The notes under the pieces: generated by a model | Database searches by the model: none | What the model saw: the letters and a program-made list of their open reading frames with translations, nothing else | What the model was told of the DNA's origin: nothing | Source: Chloroflexota bacterium | GTDB lineage: Bacteria; Chloroflexota; Dormibacteria; CF-121 | Direction: 5' to 3' | Assembly (NCBI GenBank): GCA_034666565.1 | Contig: JAXDLN010000012.1 | Coordinates: 14,040 to 78,039, forward strand | Length of the DNA stretch: 64,000 nucleotides | Translations under genes and position numbers: made by a program | Shown here: piece after piece, positions 1 through 9,592 of the stretch | Layout: each line of letters starts with the position of its first letter | How positions within the stretch are numbered: position 1 is the stretch's first letter

Positions 1-189
1 CTGACCTTCCTGCACGGTCTGGCCCTCGCGGGCGTGGATCTTTGTCACCCGCCCCGCCGCTGGCGCGGTGACGGGGATCTCCATCTTCATCGACTCCAGG
101 ATCATGAGGGTCTCGTCCGCCTCGACCTGCTGTCCTTCGCGGACCACAACCTTCCACAGATTGCCCGCGAGTTCGGCCTTGATCTGCAC
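1..189 (-). CDS. Stand-alone biotin carboxyl carrier (biotin/lipoyl-attachment) protein, runs off the window edge
   Basis: Not in the ORF track. Manual translation from GTG at 189 gives MQIKAELAGNLWKVVVREGQQVEADETLMILESMKMEIPVTAPAAGRVTKIHAREGQTVQEGQ, with the E-S-M-K-M biotinylation motif. GACAAT -10-like box 7 nt upstream. Confidence 0.9.
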   Translation of the reverse strand, partial: MQIKAELAGNLWKVVVREGQQVEADETLMILESMKMEIPVTAPAAGRVTKIHAREGQTVQEGQ

Positions 190-309
190 GCGCCCGATTG
201 TCTCATCGCGGCACACTGGCCGTGGTGGCCGATGAGCGCTTGACGACGGTTTGCCGACGGTCGATACTTTCCGATTGAACGCATCTCTTTACCGACCCAA
301 GGAGGGGAA

Positions 310-1473
310 ATGAGATTACGCCGGCCGTCCATGCTCGCCGTGCTCGCGCTGCTTCCGTTTGTCGCCAGCTACCAGCCCGCTCCAACCTTTGCGGCCTCGC
401 AGCAGGGATCCGGCTGCATTGCGCATCACCCGAATTACATCGAGGGCCAGCTCGAGGTCGACTACACGCCCGGGTGCACCGGACACGATGAACCGGAGCT
501 CGACCCCGTTTCCAACCTGCCGGGGTCGGCGAAGGACATGACCTGGACGGCGGTTCTGCCCAGAAACGGCGCCTTCGGGGTGGATGCCACGGGGCCCACC
601 TTCTGGTTCGGCGGCACGGTCACCGATCCGAAGAGTCTCTTCGGCCAGGCGTTCTATGAGTTGCAGTTCTATCCGAACGGGATCACCACCAACTGCACGC
701 CCCAGGGTGGCTTCGTCCTCAAATACGCACCCGGCGTGTACACGGTCTGCGATCCAGTCTGGAGCGTGGTGACCTCGGGAAAGCCCGGCATCTTCCACGA
801 GCCCGCCGCCTTCAACGGCATGCTGACCGACGGCACGGGTCCAAAGAATCCGCTCGTGATGCGCGCCGGCGACACCATCACGGTGCATGTCTATGCGACG
901 CCGGCGGCCGATGGACTCCATATCACCGTCACCGACCGCTCCACCGGCGGCCAGGGCACGATCGTGCTGAACTCCAAGAGCGACGGGCCACTGATGCCGG
1001 CCTTCGACCGCCAGACGATCGGCAACGCGCTTGGCTGGGGCCTGGTCAACGACACGCCAAACTCATTCGTCTGGGAGATCGGGCACACCTCGCCCTTCAC
1101 CAGCCCGGCTTCCGCCTTCTGCGTGCCGGGGCAGACGAACTGCTTCTCGTACGACGCGCCGGCGTGGGCTGGGACCTCTCCGGTGCAGATCAAGTCGGTA
1201 ACGTTCGCGAATGGATCGACCGCCAAGCAGTGGGCTGCGGTGAGTGATTTCGGCGGCAAAGCCGAGGTGAACCATTACTGCGGCGCCGCCAATTACGGGC
1301 AGCCCTTCTGCATCTACCCGTGGTACACGTTGGGCGCCAGCGGCTACCACTACGGGGTCGACTACACCGACAACCTCAAGGACTTCGGCCAGGCCGATCA
1401 GTTTGCCCAGACCTTGCAGTGTGGTGGTCCATTCGGGGCCAACTCGACCTATTGCGACACCATCCTGAATTAG
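310..1473 (+). CDS. Secreted hypothetical protein, Cys-rich, beta-rich
   Basis: AAGGAGG RBS, N-terminal signal peptide, 10 Cys, typical codon usage. Confidence 0.8.
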   Translation: MRLRRPSMLAVLALLPFVASYQPAPTFAASQQGSGCIAHHPNYIEGQLEVDYTPGCTGHDEPELDPVSNLPGSAKDMTWTAVLPRNGAFGVDATGPTFWFGGTVTDPKSLFGQAFYELQFYPNGITTNCTPQGGFVLKYAPGVYTVCDPVWSVVTSGKPGIFHEPAAFNGMLTDGTGPKNPLVMRAGDTITVHVYATPAADGLHITVTDRSTGGQGTIVLNSKSDGPLMPAFDRQTIGNALGWGLVNDTPNSFVWEIGHTSPFTSPASAFCVPGQTNCFSYDAPAWAGTSPVQIKSVTFANGSTAKQWAAVSDFGGKAEVNHYCGAANYGQPFCIYPWYTLGASGYHYGVDYTDNLKDFGQADQFAQTLQCGGPFGANSTYCDTILN

Positions 1474-1495
1474 CCACGATCCCAACCTGATGGCG

Positions 1496-1531
1496 TCATA
1501 AGGGAGCCGGCCGGCGCCGGCTCTCTTATGA
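1496..1531. terminator. Long hairpin, probable terminator
   Basis: TCATAAGGGAGCCGGC-CGGC-GCCGGCTCTCTTATGA just after the stop at 1473. Confidence 0.65.
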
Positions 1532-1564
1532 GCCGCGAGAGATGGCTGCTATCATGGCGACGAT

Positions 1565-1873
1565 TTGCGTAAGAAACGTAGCTACCCCAAGAAGCGCGGC
1601 GGTCCAACCACGCTCCGCCCCGGCATCGACACGCTGGAAGCCAAGGAGACCCCGGCCGGCAAAGAGGAGACCATCGAGATGGATGCCGAGGTGGTCGAGC
1701 CGCTGCCGAACGCCATGTTCAAGGTCAAGCTGCAGACCGGCCAGACCATCCTGGCCTACACCTCCGGCAAGATGCGCAAGTTCTACATCCGCATCCTGAT
1801 CGGCGACCGGGTCCGGGTGGATCTCTCGCCCTACGACCTGACGCGCGGCCGGATCATCTTCCGCTACAAGTAA
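1565..1873 (+). CDS. infA: Translation initiation factor IF-1 with N-terminal basic extension
   Basis: [52 protein letters not shown]. The TTG start is uncertain. Confidence 0.95.
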   Translation: MRKKRSYPKKRGGPTTLRPGIDTLEAKETPAGKEETIEMDAEVVEPLPNAMFKVKLQTGQTILAYTSGKMRKFYIRILIGDRVRVDLSPYDLTRGRIIFRYK

Positions 1874-1888
1874 CCTCGAGAGGCCGCC

Positions 1889-2368
1889 ATGGCGTGGCTG
1901 TACATTTTGATCCTGCTGCTGGCAGCCGCCGGACTCGTGGGAGCCTACCGGGTGCTCGGGACGCCATCACGTCTGGCGGCGCGTGACTACAACATCGTCC
2001 TCGCCGACGTGGCCACATCAGTCGAACGGGCGGCCGGCCAGCTCCGCCAGGCGCTCGCCGGCGAGCCCGGACGGCTGGAGGACGCGGCGGCCGCCAGCCG
2101 GAAGATCTTCCAAACCGGCTACTATCAGACGCTCCGCTTGCGGCCCACGACCGGCCCAGACTACGGCGCCGCCGCGCGGGCGGAACTCGGCCGTGCCTGC
2201 GAGGCCTACGACTGGGCGAGCCGGATGATCGGGAGTGAGAGCGTGCACAACCCGCTCATCCTGGCGGCAGCCCGCCAGCTCCTTGACGCGGGAGATGGCG
2301 CGCTCAAACAGGCGGCGCTGGAGCTGCCGCCGGTGCCGTCGACGCCTGCCGAAAGTAGCGCACCGTAG
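1889..2368 (+). CDS. Hypothetical protein with N-terminal transmembrane anchor
   Basis: GAGG RBS, hydrophobic N-terminus. The 3' end overlaps the convergent epimerase gene. Confidence 0.7.
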   Translation: MAWLYILILLLAAAGLVGAYRVLGTPSRLAARDYNIVLADVATSVERAAGQLRQALAGEPGRLEDAAAASRKIFQTGYYQTLRLRPTTGPDYGAAARAELGRACEAYDWASRMIGSESVHNPLILAAARQLLDAGDGALKQAALELPPVPSTPAESSAP

Positions 2369-3257
2369 CGTCGAGGCCGGCTTCGAGGCTGGTCTGCGGC
2401 CGCCAGCCCATCACCTTCTGGATCTTGCGCGCATCGACGACCGAGCGCCGCTGCTCACCGGGAAGCGCGGGGCCGTGCACCTCCGTCTGGTTGTTGCCCG
2501 CGAGGCGTTTCAACAGCTGGAAGATCGCGTTGATATCGGTTTCGACGCCCGTACCGACGTTGAACGATCCGACCACATCCGAGGTAAGCGAGCGTGCGTT
2601 CGCCTCGGCCACGTCGCCGACGTAAACGAAATCGCGTGTCTGCTTGCCATCGCCGTTGATGCGCGCGGTTTCTCCGCTGAGCAGGCGCCGCGCGAAGATG
2701 GCCACCACGCCGGCTTCGCCGTGCGGGTCCTGCCGCGGCCCATAGACGTTGGCGTAGCGAAGGGCCGCGTACGAAAGGCCGTGCAACGCGTGGAAGGTTC
2801 GAAGGTAGACCTCGGCGGCGAGCTTGGACGCGCCGTAGGGAGAGACCGGCAGCGTCGGGTAATCCTCCGGGGTCGGGATCACGTCCGTATCGCCGTAGAG
2901 CGCCCCACCGGTCGAGGCGAAGAGGAAGCGCCGCACGCCGTGCCGGACGCTGGCCTGCAGCAGGGTCACCGTCCCCATCACATTGACGCCGGCATCGAAC
3001 CCTGGATCCTCGACCGAGCGACGGACGCTGGCCTGCGCCGCTTCGTGAAGCACGGCCTCGGGGCGCTCGATCTTGAACAGCTCGTCGAGCCACGGCGACT
3101 GGATATCCATCTGGTAAAAACGGGCCGCCGGGTTCAGGTGTTCGACGTGCCCGGTGGAGAGGTCATCGAGGATGACGACCTCGTGCCCGTCTTTGAGCAG
3201 CCGATCGGCCACGTGGGACCCAATAAAGCCGGCGCCGCCCGTGACCAGGACTTTCAT
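2304..3257 (-). CDS. NAD-dependent epimerase/dehydratase (UDP-glucose 4-epimerase-like)
   Basis: VLVTGGAGFIGS Rossmann motif, YGASK catalytic motif, NVYGPRQ. Confidence 0.93.
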   Translation of the reverse strand: MKVLVTGGAGFIGSHVADRLLKDGHEVVILDDLSTGHVEHLNPAARFYQMDIQSPWLDELFKIERPEAVLHEAAQASVRRSVEDPGFDAGVNVMGTVTLLQASVRHGVRRFLFASTGGALYGDTDVIPTPEDYPTLPVSPYGASKLAAEVYLRTFHALHGLSYAALRYANVYGPRQDPHGEAGVVAIFARRLLSGETARINGDGKQTRDFVYVGDVAEANARSLTSDVVGSFNVGTGVETDINAIFQLLKRLAGNNQTEVHGPALPGEQRRSVVDARKIQKVMGWRPQTSLEAGLDATVRYFRQASTAPAAAPAPPV

Positions 3258-4288
3258 CGGCGGTGGCTCAGCAGGAACACGACCAGGCCGACCGCGATCA
3301 GGCTCCAGTAGCTGATCAGGCGGTCGAGGATCGCGACCGACAGCGCCTGCGATGAGCTGAGGCCGAAGAAGACGAGCACGGCGATGATCCCACCCTCGAC
3401 CAGCACCAGTCCGCCCGGGAGCGCCGGAATGGTCGTGAGGAGAGAGGCGACCAGCGCGATGAACATGATCTGCGCGAGGCTGAGGGAGATGTGAAGCGGC
3501 AGCGCCTGGACGACCAGGAAGAGACGGGCGGATTCGGCCATCCAGACCAGCACGGTGAGGCCGAGGAGTAACGGAAGGCGACCGGCAAAGGCGCTCAACA
3601 ACCCGTGCTTGAAGCGGGCGGCCTGGTCGCGAAGCCGCTCGGGAAGGTAGCGCGACAGACGGCCTTCGCTATACCGGATGATGACCAGGCCGGCGATCAA
3701 GCCGGCGGCAATCACCAGCCCGACGATGAAGGCGGGCACGAATCGCTCAGGGACGGACGCACGAAAGCTGATCAGGCCGCTGACCAGCAGCAGGCTCATC
3801 AGGACGAGGAAGTCGAGCGCGCGCTCGCTGAAGATGGTGCCCAGCCCCTTGGAGCCGGAGACGTCGGTCTGCTGCCGCAGCAGGTAGGCGCGGTAGAAAT
3901 CGCCCATCTTGGCCGGTAACACGCAGTTGGCGAACCACGCCAGGATGATGATGTGAAAGAGTTCCCCGAAGCGGTTCGATTCGCCGGTGTTACGAAGCAA
4001 GATCTCCCAGCGGACCGTGCGCACCACGAAGGAGAAATAGAAGGCCACTACCGCCACCGCATAGATGAGGAGGTTGGTCTGGCGGATGGCGCGAAGGCTG
4101 GCGCCGTAGTCGAGCGGCACGTGCGTCAGGACGATGAAGAGGACGACCGCCAGGATGGCGAACGAGATCAGGGTGCGTGGGTCGAGCAGCCGCTCGCGAA
4201 GGGCGGACCGTGGGGCCGCCGCCTCCGGGGGAGGGGCGGCAGGCTGCATTTCGGGATTCAACATATCAGGGGTTTCCACGACCGGCAA
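3254..4288 (-). CDS. Lysylphosphatidylglycerol synthase TM-domain / flippase-like membrane protein
   Basis: Multiple TM helices; RW, N..LPAKMGD..RAY, ER..D, PGGL..EG and DRLISYW motifs. Start uncertain. Confidence 0.85.
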   Translation of the reverse strand: MPVVETPDMLNPEMQPAAPPPEAAAPRSALRERLLDPRTLISFAILAVVLFIVLTHVPLDYGASLRAIRQTNLLIYAVAVVAFYFSFVVRTVRWEILLRNTGESNRFGELFHIIILAWFANCVLPAKMGDFYRAYLLRQQTDVSGSKGLGTIFSERALDFLVLMSLLLVSGLISFRASVPERFVPAFIVGLVIAAGLIAGLVIIRYSEGRLSRYLPERLRDQAARFKHGLLSAFAGRLPLLLGLTVLVWMAESARLFLVVQALPLHISLSLAQIMFIALVASLLTTIPALPGGLVLVEGGIIAVLVFFGLSSSQALSVAILDRLISYWSLIAVGLVVFLLSHRR

Positions 4289-4294
4289 ACCGCG

Positions 4295-4837
4295 TTAGTC
4301 GGCGATCTTCCGGCGGCGGATGATCCTTTCCAGTAACGGCATCAGGTGGCGAGGCTTGCCGCTCCCGCCGTATTGCCGCCGGACCTGCTCCTGCTCGCGG
4401 GCCTCGAGGATCCGTGGCACCCAGTCGGACTCGAGCATCGGCGATTCGCCGCCCTCCCAGGTCTTGAGGTAAAAGATCCCCTTGAGGGCCGTGAATGGGA
4501 TGGCCAGCTCTTTGACCTCGCTCTGGTCGGGCGAGACCAGCGACAGCGTGACGCCGTAACGGGACGGTCGCATGGTGCGATCGCTGTAGCCACGGAGCAC
4601 CTCGTGGTCGACGAAGTGAATGGCGATCCGCTGGTAGCGGGCGGTGTCGACCTCGCTCGACGGTGCGCGGGAATCGAGCAGGACGTACTTGAGGCTGCTC
4701 AACGGCACGAAGGCGCCCCGGTTGTTGGTGCCGAGGTTATGGATGCCGGTTTGGACGAACGGCGCTTCAAGCTCCCGCTTCGGCGGGTCGCCGTGCAATG
4801 TCTCGCCGTCGAGAAAGCAATAGATGGCGTGCGCCAC
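4295..4837 (-). CDS. Hypothetical protein with internal tandem domain duplication
   Basis: Two similar halves: AIYCFLDGETLHG...VPLSSLKYV and IAIHFVDHEVLRG...IPFTALKGI. TACAAT upstream. Confidence 0.8.
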   Translation of the reverse strand: MAHAIYCFLDGETLHGDPPKRELEAPFVQTGIHNLGTNNRGAFVPLSSLKYVLLDSRAPSSEVDTARYQRIAIHFVDHEVLRGYSDRTMRPSRYGVTLSLVSPDQSEVKELAIPFTALKGIFYLKTWEGGESPMLESDWVPRILEAREQEQVRRQYGGSGKPRHLMPLLERIIRRRKIAD

Positions 4838-4879
4838 GTCACCCGCATTGTAGGGCGTCAGTCGCCACTCCCCAAACCT

Positions 4880-4912
4880 CCCTCCCCCTCTGGGGGGAGG
4901 GTAGGGTGGGGG
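4880..4912 (+). repeat. Hairpin + G-tract repeat, copy 1 (intergenic)
   Basis: CCCTCCCCC-TCTG-GGGGGAGGG-TAGGGTGGGGG. Confidence 0.9.
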
Positions 4913-4915
4913 CCG

Positions 4916-6508
4916 TTATCTGACGAGGTAGGCGTAGCCGCGGAACTGCGGCGCGTAGGCCAGGTTGTATTGAACCAACATGCCGGCGAGGTTCGGAACG
5001 TAGCCGCCGGTGCAGCCGGGCGTGCCCGGCGTGCCGTTCGGGACGCTCGGATTGGTCGTCGCCTCGTTCGCGAGGTTCCCACCCTGCAAGATGACGTGTG
5101 GTGCGATGAACTCGCCCTCGACGGCATACTGGCTGGTGCTGGTGCTGACTGCCTGGATGGTCGCGGTGGCGTTGGCCTCGTCGATGAACACGGTGCCCCA
5201 GACCTGGAAGGGATAATTGCCGTAGCTGGACTTGGTGCCATCGACCGTCTCCGACCAGGGCGTGGCGTTGGTGTCCGTCTGGCGGACGAAGAAGGCGATG
5301 TGGTGGGTGACGCCGGACACGGTGTGGTTCGGGGCGACGAAGAACACGCTTGGCGACTTGCTGCCAGAGGTCGAGGCGGAAAAGCCGCCGCCGTTGTCGA
5401 AGATGAATTCGACGCCATCGGTAACGCCGTCGGCCGCCACCGGGAGGTTGCTGTAGGTACCCAGCGTCGTCAGTGGCTGCCCATTCACGGTGTTCGACAC
5501 GATGCCACCGGTGATGTTGAGGCTCGCGCCGCTTTTGAAGAGATAGATGCCGTTGTCGAAGATGTACTTATCGCTCGCCGTTCCGCCCGGAAGCGGGATG
5601 TTCAAGTTGCTGGTAAAGACACCAGGGTGGATGTAGAACGTCGGGCTGCTACCGGTCCAGGTGCCGATCGTGGCCGTGTTATACGTCGCCTCGTAGTTTG
5701 GCGCCGGCTCCTGCACCGGGACCGGGCTCACGGTCTGATACCAGTACGTCCGGACCGCGTGCGTATCCGATGCCGACAGGTGTTCGAAGACCCCGTTGAT
5801 GTTCAACCAGCCGGGGTGCGGGTTGGGGGCGTGCCACTTCGAGTTGGAGACGACGCGGGCCTGGGGGCTCGGGTTGCAAATGTCGGATCCGTTGTTCCCG
5901 TTGTCGATCTGGGCATAGCCGTTCTGGTCGAATTCCACGGTGTTACCGCCGCCGGGACCCGCTTGGAACCCGAAGACGGCGTACTGGTTGTTGAAGAAGC
6001 CGCCGTGCGCATAGGCATCCGCGACGACCGCCGAGTTGGTGAACCCGATCACCGCGGCAAAGGTCAGCGGCACGTTATAAGTAACGCGGACGTGGATCTC
6101 GTTGTTGTTGCTCCGGCTCGGCGTCCACACGGTCACTGACACCGGGAGACCGCCGGCCGCCGCCTCGGTAATGTAGCCGGTCCCGTTCGGCGTGTAGTTC
6201 GGAGAGGGGGGTGCGCAGGTATTGCCGTCCACCGGCTGGCCCCCGATACCGTTGATGGCGAACAGTGCCGCCTGGCAGTTGGCCTTGGTAATCATGGCGG
6301 TGGTCGTGGCTGCGTTGCCGTCCGGTGGCAGGAGTTCCTGCGCGCCGGCGAGCGCGCCGGCGTCCGCAGCGTTTTGCACGTCGCGACGCTGGAAATAGAG
6401 GCGTCCGGCGTCCAGGCCCAGCGCGATGATGCCGAAGAGGGCGGTCGCGGACAGGGCGACGATGACGAGGCTCTGCGCGCGCTTGCGACGGCGGCTCAGT
6501 TCTTTCAT
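4916..6508 (-). CDS. TadG-like Flp pilus assembly pseudopilin
   Basis: RAQSLVIVALS...ALGLDAGRLY...QNAADAGALAGA N-terminal Tad signature; large Gly/Thr/Asn-rich extracellular domain. Confidence 0.85.
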   Translation of the reverse strand: MKELSRRRKRAQSLVIVALSATALFGIIALGLDAGRLYFQRRDVQNAADAGALAGAQELLPPDGNAATTTAMITKANCQAALFAINGIGGQPVDGNTCAPPSPNYTPNGTGYITEAAAGGLPVSVTVWTPSRSNNNEIHVRVTYNVPLTFAAVIGFTNSAVVADAYAHGGFFNNQYAVFGFQAGPGGGNTVEFDQNGYAQIDNGNNGSDICNPSPQARVVSNSKWHAPNPHPGWLNINGVFEHLSASDTHAVRTYWYQTVSPVPVQEPAPNYEATYNTATIGTWTGSSPTFYIHPGVFTSNLNIPLPGGTASDKYIFDNGIYLFKSGASLNITGGIVSNTVNGQPLTTLGTYSNLPVAADGVTDGVEFIFDNGGGFSASTSGSKSPSVFFVAPNHTVSGVTHHIAFFVRQTDTNATPWSETVDGTKSSYGNYPFQVWGTVFIDEANATATIQAVSTSTSQYAVEGEFIAPHVILQGGNLANEATTNPSVPNGTPGTPGCTGGYVPNLAGMLVQYNLAYAPQFRGYAYLVR

Positions 6509-6511
6509 TGG

Positions 6512-6985
6512 TTAGTACTCCGTCTCCATGGTGGTTTCCGCTGAGAAAGTGACACCGTTACCGGAGGCGTCCCGGACGACAGGGACCCATGGCTGGAAGA
6601 GGAAGGTGATCTTCACCGTGATCGCATGCGGGGTCCCCGTGGACTGCCCAATGCCTCCGCCGTACCAGATGTAGCCGGTGTTCGGATCGGTGGGAGTTGT
6701 TGGGGTGGGGCAGGGCGGCGAGACCAGGCAAGGATCGGTCTTCAGCGTGAAGCCGCCTCCGAGCTTGCTCTGGATGGCAGCGACCACCGAGGCATTCGTC
6801 GGCAGCGGGTTGTCGAATGGCACGGCGGAACGAGCGCCTTCGCGAGCGGCGTTGGAGATGGCGTTGTAGGTGTAGACGGCCCGGCCGAGGTCGATGGTGC
6901 CGAGCAGTAGCAGGAAGAAGATAGGTGCCAGCACGGCGAACTCGACCATCGACTGTCCTGCGCGCTGGCGGAGAAGGCTACGCAT
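6512..6985 (-). CDS. TadE-like pseudopilin
   Basis: RAGQSMVEFAVLAP...IDLGR...NAAREGAR. ATG overlaps the upstream TGA. Confidence 0.9.
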   Translation of the reverse strand: MRSLLRQRAGQSMVEFAVLAPIFFLLLLGTIDLGRAVYTYNAISNAAREGARSAVPFDNPLPTNASVVAAIQSKLGGGFTLKTDPCLVSPPCPTPTTPTDPNTGYIWYGGGIGQSTGTPHAITVKITFLFQPWVPVVRDASGNGVTFSAETTMETEY

Positions 6986-7491
6986 CAGTATTCCGTCCTG
7001 AAGACGGAACTCGTCTTCAATGTCAGCGGGTTGCCGATCAGGTCGCCGATGATCGGGGTGATGAAATTGAACTTGTAGGTGGCTTCTACCTTCAGGGCGT
7101 ACTGGCAAGACCCCGTGGTGCCGCAATTCGTCACCCGAGTTCCCTCAGTGGGGTTGATCACGATATTGGCGTCGGCAACAAAGAACCCGGTGCCGGTCAG
7201 CTCCTGCTTGAGCCGGTCTTTGATCTTCTGGTCCCCGGGAACGGGGCACGAGGGTCCCGGGCTGGTGGCCGGCGGGACGTTCTGGCAGACCGGTGTCAGG
7301 CCGGTGTAATAGGGCAAAGCGCCGTAGCGGGCCGCCTCGCGCACCGCGTTGGTCAGCGAGATCTGGTAGTAGAAGGCCCGGCCGAGGTCCAGCATGCCCA
7401 TCATGCCGATCACAAGGAAGGGCACCATCACGGCCATCTCGGCCAGTGCTTGTCCCCGCCGCTTGCGTAAACGTGAGTGCGTTTTGATCAT
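6985..7491 (-). CDS. TadE-like pseudopilin
   Basis: RGQALAEMAVMVP...LDLGR...NAVREAAR. Confidence 0.9.
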   Translation of the reverse strand: MIKTHSRLRKRRGQALAEMAVMVPFLVIGMMGMLDLGRAFYYQISLTNAVREAARYGALPYYTGLTPVCQNVPPATSPGPSCPVPGDQKIKDRLKQELTGTGFFVADANIVINPTEGTRVTNCGTTGSCQYALKVEATYKFNFITPIIGDLIGNPLTLKTSSVFRTEY

Positions 7492-7693
7492 TCCCTGGTC
7501 CCCTGAGCGTTTACAATCGCCGCTGCGCGGCAGCGAATCACATGGCAAAGCAATGTAGGATCGATTGCTCCTTCGCACTTCAACGCCACACTATGCGAAA
7601 GCCTTTAGAGAGCCAAGAGAAAGCTCGCATCGTGACGGCCCCGTCGCGGCCCTGTTGCGGCTTTCTTTCAGAACCTGTTACGGGCCTGTTGTA

Positions 7694-9592
7694 ATGCGGT
7701 TCTTAATGGTCTACAGAACGGTGGCTGTAAGCCTGGGCTTATCCGTCATGTCCGTCATTACGATGCAACCCGCCCTCGCCGATGGGAACCTCACGCTCCC
7801 CTTCGCCAACCCGAACCCACGGATCACCTCGTGGACCGACCACCACTACCCGACACGAGAGGAAGACGGCATCATGGTCCGCTTCGATGGCGCCACCGGT
7901 TATGCCTACGATGGCCATCGCGGTACGGATTTTGCGGTACCGTCGAACACGCCGGTGCTGGCCGCCGACGATGGCACGGTCATCTACAGCGAGTGGAGCG
8001 ACAGCGGCGGTTGGGGCGTGGTCATCGACCATGCCTTCGACCGCACCGCCTATTTCCACAACAACCAGTTGTTCGTGTACCCCGGCCAGCACGTCTCCCG
8101 TGGCCAGCTGATCGCGCTCAGCGGGAGCACTGGAAACTCAACGGGCCCGCACGTGCACTTCGAGGTCCGCGACCTGCTCGTTCCCTGGCACTCGGTCGAC
8201 CCCTACGGTTGGACGGGACCGGGCAAAGACCCCTGGCGCTGGGACATGGGTTACCTGTGGACGAGCAACCCGCCGGTGCCGTTTCTGCTCCCGCTCGCCT
8301 TCCCCGGCGGGGCGCGCTGGAACTACTGGTATGGCGCTGATGGGCCGCCGCCACCGGTACGCTGGCAGCTGCGCGACGGGGGCCGCGGACTCGCCGGCTA
8401 CGCGGCGCAGTGGGACGCCGATCCCGGCGCTAATGCCCACCGGACATCGTCGGCGAGCGGAACGGCCGCCGTGCCCGGCCCTGGATCCCACACCTTGCAC
8501 CTGCGCGTCTTCGACCGGGCCGGCACCAGCGCCGACATCACCTACCTATATCTATATGATGTCGAACCGCCGAGCTCGGCCCTGCACGTCGATCGAGCCA
8601 CCTCGACCGCGTTGACCCTCCACTGGTCGGCCAGCGACAGCCTCTCGGGCGTCAAGGATGTCGCGGTCGAGGTCGCGGCCGGATCATCCCAGTACCGAGC
8701 CTGGTTCGCGCAGTCGGCGGATCAGCCATCGGCCGGGAAGAGCCTGGGCGCGATGCGGTTCTTCGGCGACGCCGGCACCGCGTACCAGTTCCGGCTCACG
8801 GTGCGAGACGCCGCCAGAAATGCAGGTACGCCGGTCGTGCTCAGCGGGTCGGTGCCGCCCGGGGCCGGGCTCCCCGCCACTGCGGCGGACCGCAGCATCC
8901 TTGGCCCTCTGCCGGACCAGCCCGACGGCGCGCCGTCGGTGATGGGCGTCCGGCAGGAACATCCGACGGATGCGGGGGCGTGGCTGCTCAGTGCCGACGC
9001 CGCGATCCATGGTCTCGGCGGCGAGCGCCCCGTGGTCTCGGCCGCACCTGCGTCGACCGCTGCCGCTGTGGATGTGGCCATCTCGCCTTCGGGGCCCATC
9101 CGCTTGCTGGCCGATGGAACCACCTGGACCAACACGGGCACAGCCGGTCCGCGTTTCACGGTCAGCGCCCCCGTGCGCTTGCTGGCGGCCAGTGATGGCG
9201 CGGTCGTGGCGGTCGGCGCCGCGGGCGCAATAGCGTCCTCTCCCTCCCCCTCTGGGGGAGGGCAGGGTGGGGGCACGGTGTCTCTGCCAGCGGGCGCCAC
9301 CGTGGTGGATGGGGCACTGTTTCCCGGGACCCACTCCGGATTGGTCCTCGACAGCACCGGCGCGGTGCATGCCTTCGGTGGCGCCGATGCCGCCCTGCCG
9401 GTGACGCCCTCGAGCTGGACGCTACCCGGTCAGCCGGCGGCGATCACCCTGGCCGGCACCGCCTCGTCGCCCGCGGGGTTCCTCACTGACGCCAGCGGTG
9501 ACTGGCAGGTGTTCGGCAGCCTGCTTGTGCTTCCGGACGCCACCTTCGGCGGTCCGGCCTTCGACCCGGTGACGGGCCTGCCCCTGCGCTAG
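7694..9592 (+). CDS. Secreted M23 family metallopeptidase with C-terminal Ig/Fn3-like and beta-repeat region
   Basis: HRGTD (HxxxD) and GPHVHFEV (HxH) motifs, signal peptide. Start uncertain. Confidence 0.85.
   Translation: MRFLMVYRTVAVSLGLSVMSVITMQPALADGNLTLPFANPNPRITSWTDHHYPTREEDGIMVRFDGATGYAYDGHRGTDFAVPSNTPVLAADDGTVIYSEWSDSGGWGVVIDHAFDRTAYFHNNQLFVYPGQHVSRGQLIALSGSTGNSTGPHVHFEVRDLLVPWHSVDPYGWTGPGKDPWRWDMGYLWTSNPPVPFLLPLAFPGGARWNYWYGADGPPPPVRWQLRDGGRGLAGYAAQWDADPGANAHRTSSASGTAAVPGPGSHTLHLRVFDRAGTSADITYLYLYDVEPPSSALHVDRATSTALTLHWSASDSLSGVKDVAVEVAAGSSQYRAWFAQSADQPSAGKSLGAMRFFGDAGTAYQFRLTVRDAARNAGTPVVLSGSVPPGAGLPATAADRSILGPLPDQPDGAPSVMGVRQEHPTDAGAWLLSADAAIHGLGGERPVVSAAPASTAAAVDVAISPSGPIRLLADGTTWTNTGTAGPRFTVSAPVRLLAASDGAVVAVGAAGAIASSPSPSGGGQGGGTVSLPAGATVVDGALFPGTHSGLVLDSTGAVHAFGGADAALPVTPSSWTLPGQPAAITLAGTASSPAGFLTDASGDWQVFGSLLVLPDATFGGPAFDPVTGLPLR
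9242..9273 (+). repeat. Hairpin + G-tract repeat, copy 2 (in frame in M23 gene)
   Basis: CCCTCCCCC-TCT-GGGGGAGGG-CAGGGTGGGGG, encodes [11 protein letters not shown]. Confidence 0.92.

Noticed and set aside
34-243. ORF-track 69-aa + strand ORF
   Set aside because: It is the antisense shadow of the minus-strand biotin carrier gene.
4216-4240. GCCGCC..CCTCC-GG-GGGAGGGGCGGC in the flippase N-terminus as a repeat copy
   Set aside because: Lacks the YAGGGTGGGGG tail and is explained by Pro/Ala codons.
4346-6139. Long antisense or alternate-frame ORFs (also 9673-11586, 33202-35535, 43488-45662, 49176-51119)
   Set aside because: Typical high-GC shadow ORFs opposite well-supported genes, with no motifs.
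7492-7693. c-di-GMP riboswitch upstream of the tad genes or M23 gene
   Set aside because: No GCAAAC..GAAA..GACGCAAAGC architecture found on either strand.
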